Assembly (NCBI RefSeq): GCF_001644705.1
Contig: NZ_CP015137.1
Span: 3,570,001 to 3,602,000 of the forward strand
Direction of reading: 5' to 3'
DNA from: Dickeya solani IPO 2222
Lineage (GTDB): Bacteria; Pseudomonadota; Gammaproteobacteria; Enterobacterales; Enterobacteriaceae
Length of the DNA stretch: 32,000 nucleotides
A model generated the notes under the pieces. It was given only the letters and a program-made list of their open reading frames with translations. It was not told the DNA's origin and ran no database searches. The position numbers were made by a program, and so were the translations under genes. Each line of letters opens with the position of its first letter. Within the stretch, counting starts at the first letter, position 1. Below, piece by piece: positions 9,704 to 18,270 of this stretch.

Positions 9704-10720
9704 TCAGTCTGAAAAGCCATTTGGATGGCGCGATTGCCAGCGCCAGGTATCGGCGGCCATTTCGTCCAGCGTCCGGCTGACGCGCCAGTTGAAGTCACGG
9801 GCGGCTTTTTCCGCGTCGGCCCAGTAAGCGGGCAGGTCGCCGTCGCGGCGGGGCGCGAAATGGTACGGCAGCAGCTTGCCACAGGCGCGGCTGAAGGCTT
9901 CCACCACTTGCAGCACGCTGTAACCGACGCCGGCGCCGAGGTTATAAGTGTGTACGCCAGGCTTGCCGTGCAGGGTATTCATGGCGGCGACATGACCATC
10001 GGCCAAATCCACTACGTGGATATAGTCCCGCACGCCGGTGCCGTCGACGGTCGGATAGTCGTTGCCGAAAATCGCCAGTGAGTCGCGGCGGCCCACCGCT
10101 ACCTGAGCGATGTAAGGCATCAGGTTGTTGGGCACGCCCTGTGGGTCTTCTCCCATTTCGCCCGAGGGATGCGCACCCACCGGGTTGAAGTAGCGCAGCA
10201 GCACCACGCTCCAGTCCGGCTCCGCGCGCTGCAAATCCTGCAGGATCTGCTCTACCATCAGTTTGCTGCGGCCGTAGGGGCTGGCAGGGGTGCCGGTGGG
10301 GAAGCTTTCCTGATACGGGATCTGCGGCTGGTCGCCATACACGGTGGCGGAGGAACTGAAAATCAGCGTCTTGACGCCCGCGTGTTTCATGGCTTCCACC
10401 AGCGTCAGCGTGCCGTACACGTTGTTGTCGTAGTAGCTGATGGGTTCGCGTACCGATTCTCCTACTGCTTTGAGACCGGCGAAGTGGATCACGGCGCCGA
10501 TATCATGCTGGGCAAAAATAGTTTTCAGCAGTGCACGGTCGCGGATATCACCCTGATAGAACACCGGCGCCTGCCCGCTGACACGGGTAATGGCGTCGGC
10601 CACGCTGGATTTGCTGTTGCACAGGTTGTCGAGAATAACCGGCTGATGGCCGGCGGCGATCAGTTGTACACAGGTATGACTGCCAATGTAACCGCTACCA
10701 CCTGTAACCAATACTTTCAT
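9704..10720 (-). CDS. galE: UDP-glucose 4-epimerase.
   Basis: The track ORF starts at 10786. The real start is the ATG at 10720 ([20 protein letters not shown], 338 aa), with a GAGG RBS 5 nt upstream. The Rossmann GGSGYIG motif and the YGRSK (YxxxK) catalytic motif are present. Confidence 0.96.
   Translation of the reverse strand: MKVLVTGGSGYIGSHTCVQLIAAGHQPVILDNLCNSKSSVADAITRVSGQAPVFYQGDIRDRALLKTIFAQHDIGAVIHFAGLKAVGESVREPISYYDNNVYGTLTLVEAMKHAGVKTLIFSSSATVYGDQPQIPYQESFPTGTPASPYGRSKLMVEQILQDLQRAEPDWSVVLLRYFNPVGAHPSGEMGEDPQGVPNNLMPYIAQVAVGRRDSLAIFGNDYPTVDGTGVRDYIHVVDLADGHVAAMNTLHGKPGVHTYNLGAGVGYSVLQVVEAFSRACGKLLPYHFAPRRDGDLPAYWADAEKAARDFNWRVSRTLDEMAADTWRWQSRHPNGFSD
10686..10701 (-). promoter_or_regulatory. 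GalR/GalS internal operator (OI-like), located inside the first codons of galE.
   Basis: The minus-strand sequence GTGGTAGCGGTTACAT starts 20 nt after the galE ATG. As I recall it, this is the same 16-mer as E. coli gal OI. It also encodes the conserved GGSGYI motif, so the conservation could be due to coding constraint alone. Confidence 0.5.
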
Positions 10721-10744
10721 AATGACCTCTGTCGCAGAAAACTG

Positions 10745-10790
10745 GTTGAAAAAATAGCATGACCATAGCAGGAAAAAGGTGATCAACGCC
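10745..10790 (-). promoter_or_regulatory. Proximal gal promoter region, with overlapping -10 elements resembling E. coli galP1/P2 and a one-good-half-site CRP-like box.
   Basis: The minus strand reads ...cgttGATCACCttttttcctgcTATGGTcaTGcTATTTTttcaacc..., 41 nt upstream of the galE ATG. TATGGT is the E. coli galP1 -10 hexamer. TGcTATTTT is an extended -10 element 6 nt downstream of it. A TCAC half-site upstream sits in the position of the E. coli gal CRP site. Confidence 0.4.
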
Positions 10791-10898
10791 CTAAATAGCG
10801 ATAATTAAGGCTGTCGGCTCACTTTCCACCCCTTCCCTGGTTGGGTGAGCGACTAGCATAGCGCGATGTGGCGCCGGGTAAAATACGTTGTATTTTTT

Positions 10899-10914
10899 GT
10901 GGTAACGCTATCAC
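10899..10914 (-). promoter_or_regulatory. Candidate distal GalR/GalS operator (OE-like).
   Basis: The minus-strand GTGATAGCGTTACCAC fits the LacI-family gal operator pattern GTGnAAnCGnTTnCAC at the GTG, CG and CAC core positions, plus half of the AA and TT positions. A TATGCT hexamer lies 38 nt downstream, against 35 nt between OE and TATGCT in E. coli. Confidence 0.4.
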
Positions 10915-10941
10915 TAGGTCGATCGCTAAAGCGTGAGAGGT

Positions 10942-10968
10942 GACGGTTTCGCCTGAAACGAAACCGTC
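10942..10968 (-). terminator. Perfect 10-bp stem-loop immediately downstream of modF. It is a likely transcription stop or stabiliser but has no U-tract.
   Basis: The sequence is gacggtttcg-cctgaaa-cgaaaccgtc, 10 nt past the modF stop codon. No T-run follows on either strand. Confidence 0.45.
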
Positions 10969-10977
10969 GGTGAGAAG

Positions 10978-12447
10978 TCAGCGGTTTTCCATTTGGTAAT
11001 GGTAACCGTCGTTGTTGGGCACAAACGTCAGGCGATGGGTGATGCAGTCCGGCGCGTCTTCCGCATGGTGGGAGACGAACAGCAGTTGGGTTTGTCCCTG
11101 ACCGATCAGAATGTCCAGCCAGCGGCGGATAAGCTGGCGGTTGAGCGGGTCCAGCCCCTGTAACGGTTCGTCGAGGATCAGCAACGCCGGGTGTTTCACC
11201 AGTGCGCGTACAATCAGCGCCAACCGTTGCTGGCCCCAGGACAATGACTGGAACGGGGCGTCGGCCACGCTATCCGGCAGGCCGAGCAGCGCCAGCCACT
11301 GGGCGGCGAGAAAACGCTGGCGGTCTGATACGGCCTGATAAATGCCGATAGAGTCGAAGAAGCCGGAAAGGATCACGTTGCGTACGCTGGTGCTGACACG
11401 GTACTCCAGATGCAGGCTGCTGCTGACGTAGCCGATGTGACGCTTGATGTCCCAGATAGTTTCGCCGCTGCCGCGCCGACGACCGAACAACGTCAGGTCG
11501 TTGCTGTAGCCCTGTGGGTGGTCGCCGGTGATCAGGCTGAGCAGGGTGGATTTGCCCGCGCCGTTCGGTCCGACGATTTGCCAGTGCTGGCCCGGCAGCA
11601 CTTCCCAGCTCAGGTCGTCCAGAATGCGGCGATCGTTGTAGCTCACCACGCCGTGCAGCAGACGGATGCGGGGCTGATCCGGCGGCAAGGTCGGGCGCTG
11701 ACTCGGGTCTTCCGCTTCCGGCAGCGCGGTATTGACCAGGGTTTCGCTGTGCGCTAACTGCGACACCAGCGCGTCGGACAAAATCGCCTCGCGTGCGCCT
11801 TGCCGGGTCAGGGTGCAGTCCGCCAGTACGCCGACCTGGCCGACAAACGCCGGAATATCCTCAAAGCGGTTGAGAATCAGCACCAGTGTTTGCCCCTGCG
11901 CCACCAGCGAAGCCAGCAGGTCGGTCAACTGCGAGCGTGAGGCGACGTCCAGCCCGTCGAACGGTTCGTCGAGAATCAGCAGGTCCGGCTGCGCCATCAG
12001 CGCCTGGCACAGCATGGTCTTGCGGGTTTCGCCGGTAGAGAGGTATTTGAAGCGCCGGTCTAGCAGAGGGAGGATGCCGAATTGCGCCGCTAACTGACGG
12101 CAGCGGTCGGCGTCGCGCACACTGTCCTGGATCACCTCGGCGGTGGTGCGCCCGGTGTCGTCCTCGTCGGCGCTCAGCATATCGGTATTGTTGCGTTGCC
12201 ACTCCAGCGACACCAACTGTTGCAACTGTTCGAAGGAGAGGCGCGCCACGCGCCGGAAGTCGCACTGGCGTTGTCCCGACAACAGCGGCAACTCGCCGGA
12301 GAGCGCGCGCGCCAGCGCTGATTTCCCGCTGCCGTTGGCGCCGACGAACGCCCAGCATTGATCCTGACGCAGCGTGAGTTCATCCAAACGCATCATCCGG
12401 GTATCGCTTAACCGGAACTGCGCCTGATGGATGTGCAGCAATGACAT
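10978..12447 (-). CDS. modF: ModF, a tandem-ABC ATPase (molybdate-related, non-transporter ABC protein).
   Basis: The 489-aa protein is collinear with E. coli ModF. Shared segments include FRLSD, WAFVGANGSGKSALARAL, RFKYLSTGETRK, a second Walker A GPNGAGKSTLLSL, LSWGQQRLALIVRALVKHPALLILDEPLQGLDPLNRQLIRR and LLFVSHHAEDAP. Confidence 0.95.
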   Translation of the reverse strand: MSLLHIHQAQFRLSDTRMMRLDELTLRQDQCWAFVGANGSGKSALARALSGELPLLSGQRQCDFRRVARLSFEQLQQLVSLEWQRNNTDMLSADEDDTGRTTAEVIQDSVRDADRCRQLAAQFGILPLLDRRFKYLSTGETRKTMLCQALMAQPDLLILDEPFDGLDVASRSQLTDLLASLVAQGQTLVLILNRFEDIPAFVGQVGVLADCTLTRQGAREAILSDALVSQLAHSETLVNTALPEAEDPSQRPTLPPDQPRIRLLHGVVSYNDRRILDDLSWEVLPGQHWQIVGPNGAGKSTLLSLITGDHPQGYSNDLTLFGRRRGSGETIWDIKRHIGYVSSSLHLEYRVSTSVRNVILSGFFDSIGIYQAVSDRQRFLAAQWLALLGLPDSVADAPFQSLSWGQQRLALIVRALVKHPALLILDEPLQGLDPLNRQLIRRWLDILIGQGQTQLLFVSHHAEDAPDCITHRLTFVPNNDGYHYQMENR

Positions 12448-12531
12448 GATGATTCCCTTTGCGAAATGACAGAACCTTTACGGGTAAAGGGAAGCGGCCG
12501 GCTTGTCAAGGTGCGTTGTGCCGTACGCGCG

Positions 12532-13323
12532 TTAGCACAGGGTGGCGATAATCACCCGGTCGGCGTTAAAGCTGGCGTAAACCGCCATCTCCGGCTGTAG
12601 TCCCTGTCGCACCACGTCATCATTGGGCAGGGTGGCGCACACCACTTCGCCGCCTTCCAGCGTCACCAGTACTTCGCTTTGCGCCGGGCCGGGCTGCAGA
12701 TGGCTGATGCGGCCGGGCAGGACATTGTCGTGAGCGGGTGCCGCTGCGGTTTGCGGGGTAACGGCGACCCAGGGTGCTTTAATCAGCGCCAGCACCTCTT
12801 TGCCGCTGCTCAGTTGCAGCCGATCGGCGCTCTGCTGGGTCAGTGCGGCCTGAATGCGGGTGCGGCCATCCGCCAGCAGGATAGACAGATGTTGCTGCAC
12901 CTGCTGCTGGTCGCGCTCCCACACGGTGCCGAAAAACTGATTGCGGGCGCTGGTCTGCAGCGAAAAGCGGGCGATAGCCGCCAGCAGGCTGTCCAGCGGC
13001 AGGTTATCATCCTGCAGCACATCGAAGGCTTTCTGTTGGATCTGCGCCAGCAGGTCGTACAGCTGCAACAGGCGCTCGCCGTAGCGGGTCAGCATCGCGC
13101 CGCCGCCGCCTTTGCCGCCGGTGGTGCGCTCGACGATGGTCTGTTCCGCCAGTTGGTTCATCTCGTTAATCGCATCCCAGGCGCTTTTGTAGCTGATGTC
13201 GGCCAGCCGGGCTCCCTGACTGATGGAGCCGGTCTGCTGCACTTGCTTGAGCAGTGCGATGCGACGCGGGTCGGCGAATAGCCGCTGCTGGAGTTTCAGG
13301 GTAAGGAGAATTTCTGCTTGCAT
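12532..13323 (-). CDS. modE: ModE, the molybdate-responsive transcriptional regulator.
   Basis: The track ORF starts at 13395. The real start is the ATG at 13323, giving MQAEILLTLKLQQRLFADPRRIALLKQ... (263 aa), nearly identical to the E. coli ModE N-terminus. The GGKGGGGA and SARNQ motifs and the C-terminal di-Mop region ending VIIATLC are present. Confidence 0.95.
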   Translation of the reverse strand: MQAEILLTLKLQQRLFADPRRIALLKQVQQTGSISQGARLADISYKSAWDAINEMNQLAEQTIVERTTGGKGGGGAMLTRYGERLLQLYDLLAQIQQKAFDVLQDDNLPLDSLLAAIARFSLQTSARNQFFGTVWERDQQQVQQHLSILLADGRTRIQAALTQQSADRLQLSSGKEVLALIKAPWVAVTPQTAAAPAHDNVLPGRISHLQPGPAQSEVLVTLEGGEVVCATLPNDDVVRQGLQPEMAVYASFNADRVIIATLC

Positions 13324-13520
13324 GGTCACATCCGTATCTGGGTCGCTAATCGTTTGTATTGTCATCGTTTTGCGCGAAACAGGCAAACCGCACAAATGGC
13401 CGCTCTAATTCCGGCGATTCAGGTAAACTCAACGGCAGTCATGGGGGTTAGCATAGTCTACCCTGAATCAATGAGAGACTGGCGGCGCGACGGCCAGCCA
13501 CGGTGAAAGACGAGGTTGAT

Positions 13521-13670
13521 ATGTTGGAATTGCTGAAAAGCCTGCTGTTTGCGGTATGCATGGTGCCGGTAATGATGGTGCTGATTCTGGGAGCCATTTA
13601 TGGGCTGGGCGAAATCTTCAACCTGTTCTCGGCCATCGGCCATCGCGAGTCGACAGCGGCGCGCAAATAA
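13521..13670 (+). CDS. acrZ: AcrZ, a small (49 aa) inner-membrane accessory protein of the AcrAB-TolC pump.
   Basis: The gene is below the ORF-track size cut-off and was found by reading the modE-modA intergenic region. It translates to [49 protein letters not shown]. The E. coli protein is [38 protein letters not shown].... A GAGG RBS lies 5 nt upstream. The position between modE and modA is the same as in E. coli, and a strong terminator follows. Confidence 0.9.
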   Translation: MLELLKSLLFAVCMVPVMMVLILGAIYGLGEIFNLFSAIGHRESTAARK

Positions 13671-13697
13671 TCCCTTCCCTGATTTCCTTTTTTGACG

Positions 13698-13724
13698 AAT
13701 CCGGCATTTGCCGGATTTTTTTTG
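13698..13724 (+). terminator. Rho-independent terminator of acrZ.
   Basis: The stem is aatccggca-tt-tgccggatt, followed by a run of 8 T. Confidence 0.85.
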
Positions 13725-13782
13725 CTTAAGATTTTTTTTTTGCTTAAGAACAATGACAAGGCGGCCAGGATTCGGTATTTAT

Positions 13783-13806
13783 CGTTATGTTACTAACTAC
13801 ACAACG
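13783..13806 (+). promoter_or_regulatory. Candidate ModE operator in the modA promoter.
   Basis: CGTTATGTTACTAACTACACAACG has the same 24-nt layout as the E. coli modA operator as I recall it, CGTTATATTGTCGCCTACATAACG (half-sites of type TATAT-N7-TAYAT flanked by CGTTA/TAACG). It lies 31 nt upstream of the modA ATG. Confidence 0.55.
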
Positions 13807-13836
13807 AAATACACAACGAAAACCTCGGGAGACAAA

Positions 13837-14622
13837 ATGAAACAGCAATGGACTCACTGGCTGACCGCCGCCGCGTTAACACTGGGTATGAGCGCGAATG
13901 CTGCGCTGGCGCAGGACAAGGTAACCGTGTTTGCCGCCGCCTCGCTGACCAATGCGTTGCAGGATATCGCCGCGCAATATCAGAAAGAAAAACAGGTTTC
14001 TATTGTGGCGTCTTACGCATCGTCGTCGACGCTGGCGCGTCAGATTGAACAAGGGGCGCCTGCCGACCTGTTCATCTCGGCGGATCAGCAGTGGATGGAT
14101 TACGCCCAGGGTAAGCAACTGACCGAAAACGACACCCGTTACACCCTGCTGGGGAATCAACTGGTGGTGATCGCGCCCAAGTCTGCCGAGACCAAAGGGT
14201 TCAAGATCGACGATAAAACCGACTGGAAAGGTCTGCTGAATGGCGGACGTCTGTCGGTAGGCGACCCGGATCACGTGCCGGCCGGCATCTACGCCAAAGA
14301 GGCGCTGCAGAAACTGAACGCCTGGGACACGCTGTCGCCGCTGATGGCCCGCGCCAATGACGTGCGCGCCGCTATGGTGCTGGTAGAACGTGAAGAAGCC
14401 CCGCTGGGGATTGTCTACGGGTCGGACGCGGTCGCCAGCACCAAAGTGAAAGTGGTCGGCATTTTCCCGGACAATACCCACAAACCGGTGGAATACCCGA
14501 TGGCTATCGTCAAAGGGCACAACACCCCGGCGGTCAAAGCCTTCTTTGATTACCTGAAAACGCCTCAGGCGGCGGCGGTGTTTAAACAATACGGATTCAC
14601 GCCGTTTAATGCTGCTCAGTGA
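13837..14622 (+). CDS. modA: Molybdate ABC transporter, periplasmic binding protein.
   Basis: The track ORF starts at 13708. The real start is the ATG at 13837 (MKQQWTHWLTAAALTLGMSANAALA, a signal peptide; 261 aa) with a GGGAG RBS. The protein is collinear with E. coli ModA, sharing VFAAASLTNAL, SSSTLARQIEQGAPADLFISAD and VPAGIYAKEAL. Confidence 0.95.
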   Translation: MKQQWTHWLTAAALTLGMSANAALAQDKVTVFAAASLTNALQDIAAQYQKEKQVSIVASYASSSTLARQIEQGAPADLFISADQQWMDYAQGKQLTENDTRYTLLGNQLVVIAPKSAETKGFKIDDKTDWKGLLNGGRLSVGDPDHVPAGIYAKEALQKLNAWDTLSPLMARANDVRAAMVLVEREEAPLGIVYGSDAVASTKVKVVGIFPDNTHKPVEYPMAIVKGHNTPAVKAFFDYLKTPQAAAVFKQYGFTPFNAAQ

Positions 14623-15298
14623 TTACGAATGGCAGGCGGTCTCGCTGAGCCTTAAGGTATCGCTGGTGGCGGTCAGTTGCAGTTTGCCGGTGGGCATTCT
14701 GGCCGCCTGGGTGCTGGCGCGTTGCCGTTTTGTCGGCAAATCGCTGCTGGACAGCGTGATCCACCTGCCGCTGGTGCTGCCGCCGGTGGTGATCGGCTAT
14801 CTGTTGCTGATCATCATGGGGCGCAAAGGCGTGGTGGGCGGCTGGCTCTATAACTGGTTCGGTTTCAGTTTTAGTTTCAGCTGGCATGGCGCGGCGCTGG
14901 CCTCAGCGGTGGTGGCGTTCCCGCTGATGGTGCGCGCCATCCGGCTGGCGCTGGAGGCGGTGGATACCCGGCTGGAGCTGGCGGCGCGCACGCTTGGCGC
15001 CGGTCGCTGGCGGGTGTTTTTTACCATCACGCTACCGCTGACGCTGCCCGGCATCATTGTCGGCACCGTGCTGGCGTTTGCCCGCTCGCTGGGGGAGTTT
15101 GGCGCCACCATCACCTTTGTTTCCAACATTCCGGGGGAAACCCGCACCATTCCGAATGCCATGTATACGCTGATTGAAACGCCGGGCGCGGAAATGCAGG
15201 CCGCCCGGTTGTGCATCATCGCCATCGTGCTGTCGTTGGTGTCATTGCTGTTGTCGGAATGGCTCACGCGCTGGAGCCGCAAGCGGTTGGGGGGATAA
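14609..15298 (+). CDS. modB: Molybdate ABC transporter permease.
   Basis: The 229-aa protein starts [18 protein letters not shown]... (E. coli MILTDPEWQAVLLSLKVS). It is polytopic and hydrophobic and carries the EAA-type loop [10 protein letters not shown]. It overlaps the modA end by 14 nt. Confidence 0.95.
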   Translation: MLLSDYEWQAVSLSLKVSLVAVSCSLPVGILAAWVLARCRFVGKSLLDSVIHLPLVLPPVVIGYLLLIIMGRKGVVGGWLYNWFGFSFSFSWHGAALASAVVAFPLMVRAIRLALEAVDTRLELAARTLGAGRWRVFFTITLPLTLPGIIVGTVLAFARSLGEFGATITFVSNIPGETRTIPNAMYTLIETPGAEMQAARLCIIAIVLSLVSLLLSEWLTRWSRKRLGG

Positions 15299-16356
15299 TG
15301 CTGCAACTGGATTTTACTCAGCAACTGGGCGACCTGACGCTCAACGTCGCCACCCAGCTTCCCGCCAGCGGGATTACCGCGGTGTTTGGGGTATCCGGCG
15401 CCGGGAAGACTTCGCTGATCAACGCCATCGTGGGCCTGACCCGGCCGGATAAAGGGCGAATTCAGCTCAACGACCGGGTGCTGTCCGATCGGGAGCGGGG
15501 GGTATTTCTGCCGCCGGAGAAACGCCGCATCGGCTACGTTTTTCAGGATGCGCGGCTATTCCCGCACTATCGGGTGTTGGGGAATCTGCGTTACGGCATG
15601 GCGGCGCAGATGCAGACGCAGTTCGACGATATCGTGCAACTGCTCGGCATCGGGCATTTGCTCACGCGTTATCCGCTCACCTTGTCCGGCGGCGAAAAAC
15701 AGCGGGTGGCGATTGGCCGTGCGCTGCTGACCGCGCCGGAATTGCTGCTGATGGACGAGCCGCTGGCGTCGCTGGATGCGCCGCGCAAGCGCGAACTGTT
15801 GCCCTATCTGGAACGGCTGGCTCGCGAGGTCAACACGCCGATCCTGTATGTCAGCCACAGTCTGGAGGAGGTACTGCGACTGGCGGACAAGGTGCTGGTG
15901 CTGGACAAAGGGCAGGTCAAGGCACAGGGTTCGCTGGAAGAGGTGTGGGCCAGTAACGCGCTGCGGGCCTGGCTGCCGCGAGAAGAACAGAGCAGCATCC
16001 TGAAGGTGACGGTGATGGAGCACCATCCCCATTACGCCATGACTGCGCTGTCGCTGGGCGAACAGCCTCTGTGGGTCGGGCGTGTTGACGCGCCGCTCGC
16101 CTCGGCGTTGCGTATCCGCATCAATGCGGCGGATGTGTCGCTGGTGACGCAGCGTCCGGCGGCGAGCAGCATTCGCAATGTGCTGTCGGCCAGCGTGGTG
16201 GAATGCCTTGAGGTAGGCGAGCAGGTTGAAGTCAAACTGGATATCGGCGGGCAGATCCTGTGGGCGCGCATCACCCCCTGGGCGCGGGACGAACTGGCTC
16301 TGACCTCCGGGCAGGGTCTGTATGCTCAGGTTAAGAGCGTGTCGATTACGGCTTAG
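15298..16356 (+). CDS. modC: Molybdate ABC transporter ATPase.
   Basis: The track ORF starts at 15211. The real start is the ATG at 15298, which forms a TAATG overlap with the modB stop. It gives [17 protein letters not shown]... (352 aa). Walker [10 protein letters not shown], the signature [15 protein letters not shown], Walker B LLLMDEPL and a C-terminal Mop domain ending QVKSVSITA are all present. Confidence 0.96.
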   Translation: MLQLDFTQQLGDLTLNVATQLPASGITAVFGVSGAGKTSLINAIVGLTRPDKGRIQLNDRVLSDRERGVFLPPEKRRIGYVFQDARLFPHYRVLGNLRYGMAAQMQTQFDDIVQLLGIGHLLTRYPLTLSGGEKQRVAIGRALLTAPELLLMDEPLASLDAPRKRELLPYLERLAREVNTPILYVSHSLEEVLRLADKVLVLDKGQVKAQGSLEEVWASNALRAWLPREEQSSILKVTVMEHHPHYAMTALSLGEQPLWVGRVDAPLASALRIRINAADVSLVTQRPAASSIRNVLSASVVECLEVGEQVEVKLDIGGQILWARITPWARDELALTSGQGLYAQVKSVSITA

Positions 16357-16398
16357 GTTTCGTCGTGCAGGTGTATGGTTTGATTGTGGCGTAAAGCA

Positions 16399-18270
16399 TC
16401 AAGGGTTACCGGGGGTCTGCGGCATACCGGCTCGGGCGACGGAAGGCACGCCTGCAAATATGGCAACTACAGGCGTGCCTGTTCCGGTCATGTAGTTATA
16501 GACGTCGTGCAGCGGCATGTGATGAGTGACCACGCCATTGTATCCGGGAATGTCATGATGAAAAGCTTGGGGAACGGTTGCCGCGAGGCGATAAATGTAG
16601 TGGTTGATATTGCCCTGTCGACCTTGCATTTCCACCCGTAGCGCCACTGCGCTGGCGAACTCGGGCGCGGCGAGGCTGGTGCCGTGCAAAACCCCCAGTT
16701 TGCCGATGCTGTAGACGTATACAGCGCTACGGTCAGTATTGCCATGTCCATTGAGTGAGTCGTTTCCGCCGTTACATGGTTTTATCGCTGCCGGCGGACA
16801 CCCGCCGGCATGCATGCCGATATCCGGTACGGCGCGCATTGCCTGCGTGCCGCCGCCCAGCAAAGTGCGTTGATAATCCGGCCGTGGATAAAGGGTGCTA
16901 AGCCCGCCACCAGCGCCAAAATACCCTCCCGACAGCGTTGCGCCATTGCCAAAATAATCGGCGCGTCTGATGGGGTCCGCATAGCTGTTTTCTTGCCGGT
17001 ACGCTTCATCCCGCGGGCCGGCAGCGTGAGTTGTTGTCAGGTTGGTTCCGCCAACCCCGGTGACCCAGGGACTGATGGCTGGCCATTCTACGCTGGGGAT
17101 AAACCTGCCTTTGCGGCCGTTGTTGGCGTTGTTTTGGTCCGGGCAGGCCCTGCCGGCGTTATCGCCGGATGCGGCGACGAAGGTGATTCCCTGAGCGTTA
17201 CCCTGACGGAAGACGGCATCATATTGCTTAAGTATTTTCATGTACCGGTCACTACCGTCGTTGTAGGACGGAACATAAAACAACTCGCAGTCGCCAAAAG
17301 AGGAACTGACGATATCAGCCAGGTTATCCCTGACAATTTGCTGATAACTTGCCAGAATCGTGTCGTTATCCATATTTGGCATCACATACAGCATCAACCG
17401 GGCGCCGGGCGCTCCACCCAGCGCCATTTCTACATCTGCCGCCGCTTCGAACGCTGATTTGTCTTTTATTTCTTCCCGGCTAACGCCTGGTTGCGCGCCG
17501 TATACAAACCGGCGCGTATACACTTGGGGATTGTGAGGTGTTCCCGCATGAGTGGAAAAATTCTGCAGTGAAAAGTAGGCATCAATATCGGTATCAAGGA
17601 CATCGCTGGCAGCCAGTATGGCGATCGTCGTACCGCTGCCATCCAGTCTGCGTGTCGTACCATTTCGGGTGATCATGGTTTGATAAGACGGATAACCGTA
17701 GGCCTGCTTTAGGTCGTTATACCAGTAGATATGTTGTGCGGAATGCGCCTTTGAGGACGAAGGATCGATGTCGATATTCAGGCGCTTCGGCCAGCGACTG
17801 GGGTTCAACCCGATGATAAGGGCTCCCACCTGACGTAATTCGTCTGGCAGCGATGGTTCCCAGTTCTCCGGCATGCTGAGTCTTTTCACGCCAGCGCGGG
17901 ATATGTGTATGGGTACGCCGAAAACTCTGGCCGCATCAGCGACGCTGGCTACGATGTGCAGGTCGTTTCCCTGTTGATTAACCTGCAGGTTCTGGCGCTT
18001 TAGCATTTCGGTCACGCGTGCTGCGGCCTGAGTTGACGGGCCGAAGCGGCGGTCGAATTCATTCGGACTCAGCCAGTGGTGATAAAGCGGTGATTGCGGG
18101 TCATGCTGCTGTTTAAGCAGGGCGTCAAGTTGATCGTTATTCTGCGGTGGCAGCAAGACATCAAATGACAGGGTATCCGTAACGGAGGAAGACCACTGCG
18201 GTTGTTGAGCATGAGCGGAATAAAGCATTGCGGCAATCAGCAGGGCTGCGAACACGGTCTGTTTTACCAC
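16399..18270 (-). CDS. Secreted sedolisin-family (MEROPS S53, serine-carboxyl) peptidase with an N-terminal pro-kumamolisin-type activation domain.
   Basis: The 623-aa ORF uses a GTG start at 18270, preceded by AGGAGG 4-5 nt upstream. The signal peptide is MVKQTVFAALLIAAMLYSAHA. The propeptide-like region contains HDPQSPLYHHWLSPNEFDRRFGPS. The sedolisin catalytic signature is complete: a Glu-x3-Asp pair in FEAAADVEMALGGAPGA, SSSFGDCE, the oxyanion Asp in AASGDNAG, the nucleophile in HGTSLAAPEFAS, and a C-terminal FHHDIPGYNG that resembles the Ca-binding FHDITSG motif. Confidence 0.85.
   Translation of the reverse strand: MVKQTVFAALLIAAMLYSAHAQQPQWSSSVTDTLSFDVLLPPQNNDQLDALLKQQHDPQSPLYHHWLSPNEFDRRFGPSTQAAARVTEMLKRQNLQVNQQGNDLHIVASVADAARVFGVPIHISRAGVKRLSMPENWEPSLPDELRQVGALIIGLNPSRWPKRLNIDIDPSSSKAHSAQHIYWYNDLKQAYGYPSYQTMITRNGTTRRLDGSGTTIAILAASDVLDTDIDAYFSLQNFSTHAGTPHNPQVYTRRFVYGAQPGVSREEIKDKSAFEAAADVEMALGGAPGARLMLYVMPNMDNDTILASYQQIVRDNLADIVSSSFGDCELFYVPSYNDGSDRYMKILKQYDAVFRQGNAQGITFVAASGDNAGRACPDQNNANNGRKGRFIPSVEWPAISPWVTGVGGTNLTTTHAAGPRDEAYRQENSYADPIRRADYFGNGATLSGGYFGAGGGLSTLYPRPDYQRTLLGGGTQAMRAVPDIGMHAGGCPPAAIKPCNGGNDSLNGHGNTDRSAVYVYSIGKLGVLHGTSLAAPEFASAVALRVEMQGRQGNINHYIYRLAATVPQAFHHDIPGYNGVVTHHMPLHDVYNYMTGTGTPVVAIFAGVPSVARAGMPQTPGNP

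Noticed and set aside
13458-13643. A 61-aa minus-strand ORF overlapping acrZ.
   Set aside because: It is antisense to the well-supported acrZ ORF, and it has no RBS and no recognisable sequence.
13708-13836. The N-terminal extension of modA. Similar longest-ORF extensions exist for modC (15211), modE (13395), galE (10786), galT (9662), udk (27674) and cusB (4078).
   Set aside because: Homology to the E. coli N-termini, RBS placement, signal-peptide position and start/stop coupling all favour the internal starts. The modA extension would also run across the acrZ terminator tail and the ModE operator.
13725-13836. A possible molybdenum-cofactor riboswitch or other structured leader upstream of modA.
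   Set aside because: The untranslated region is too short, and I see none of the extended paired helices such an element needs. The Moco riboswitch is associated with moaA-type operons. A ModE operator explains the conserved sequence here.
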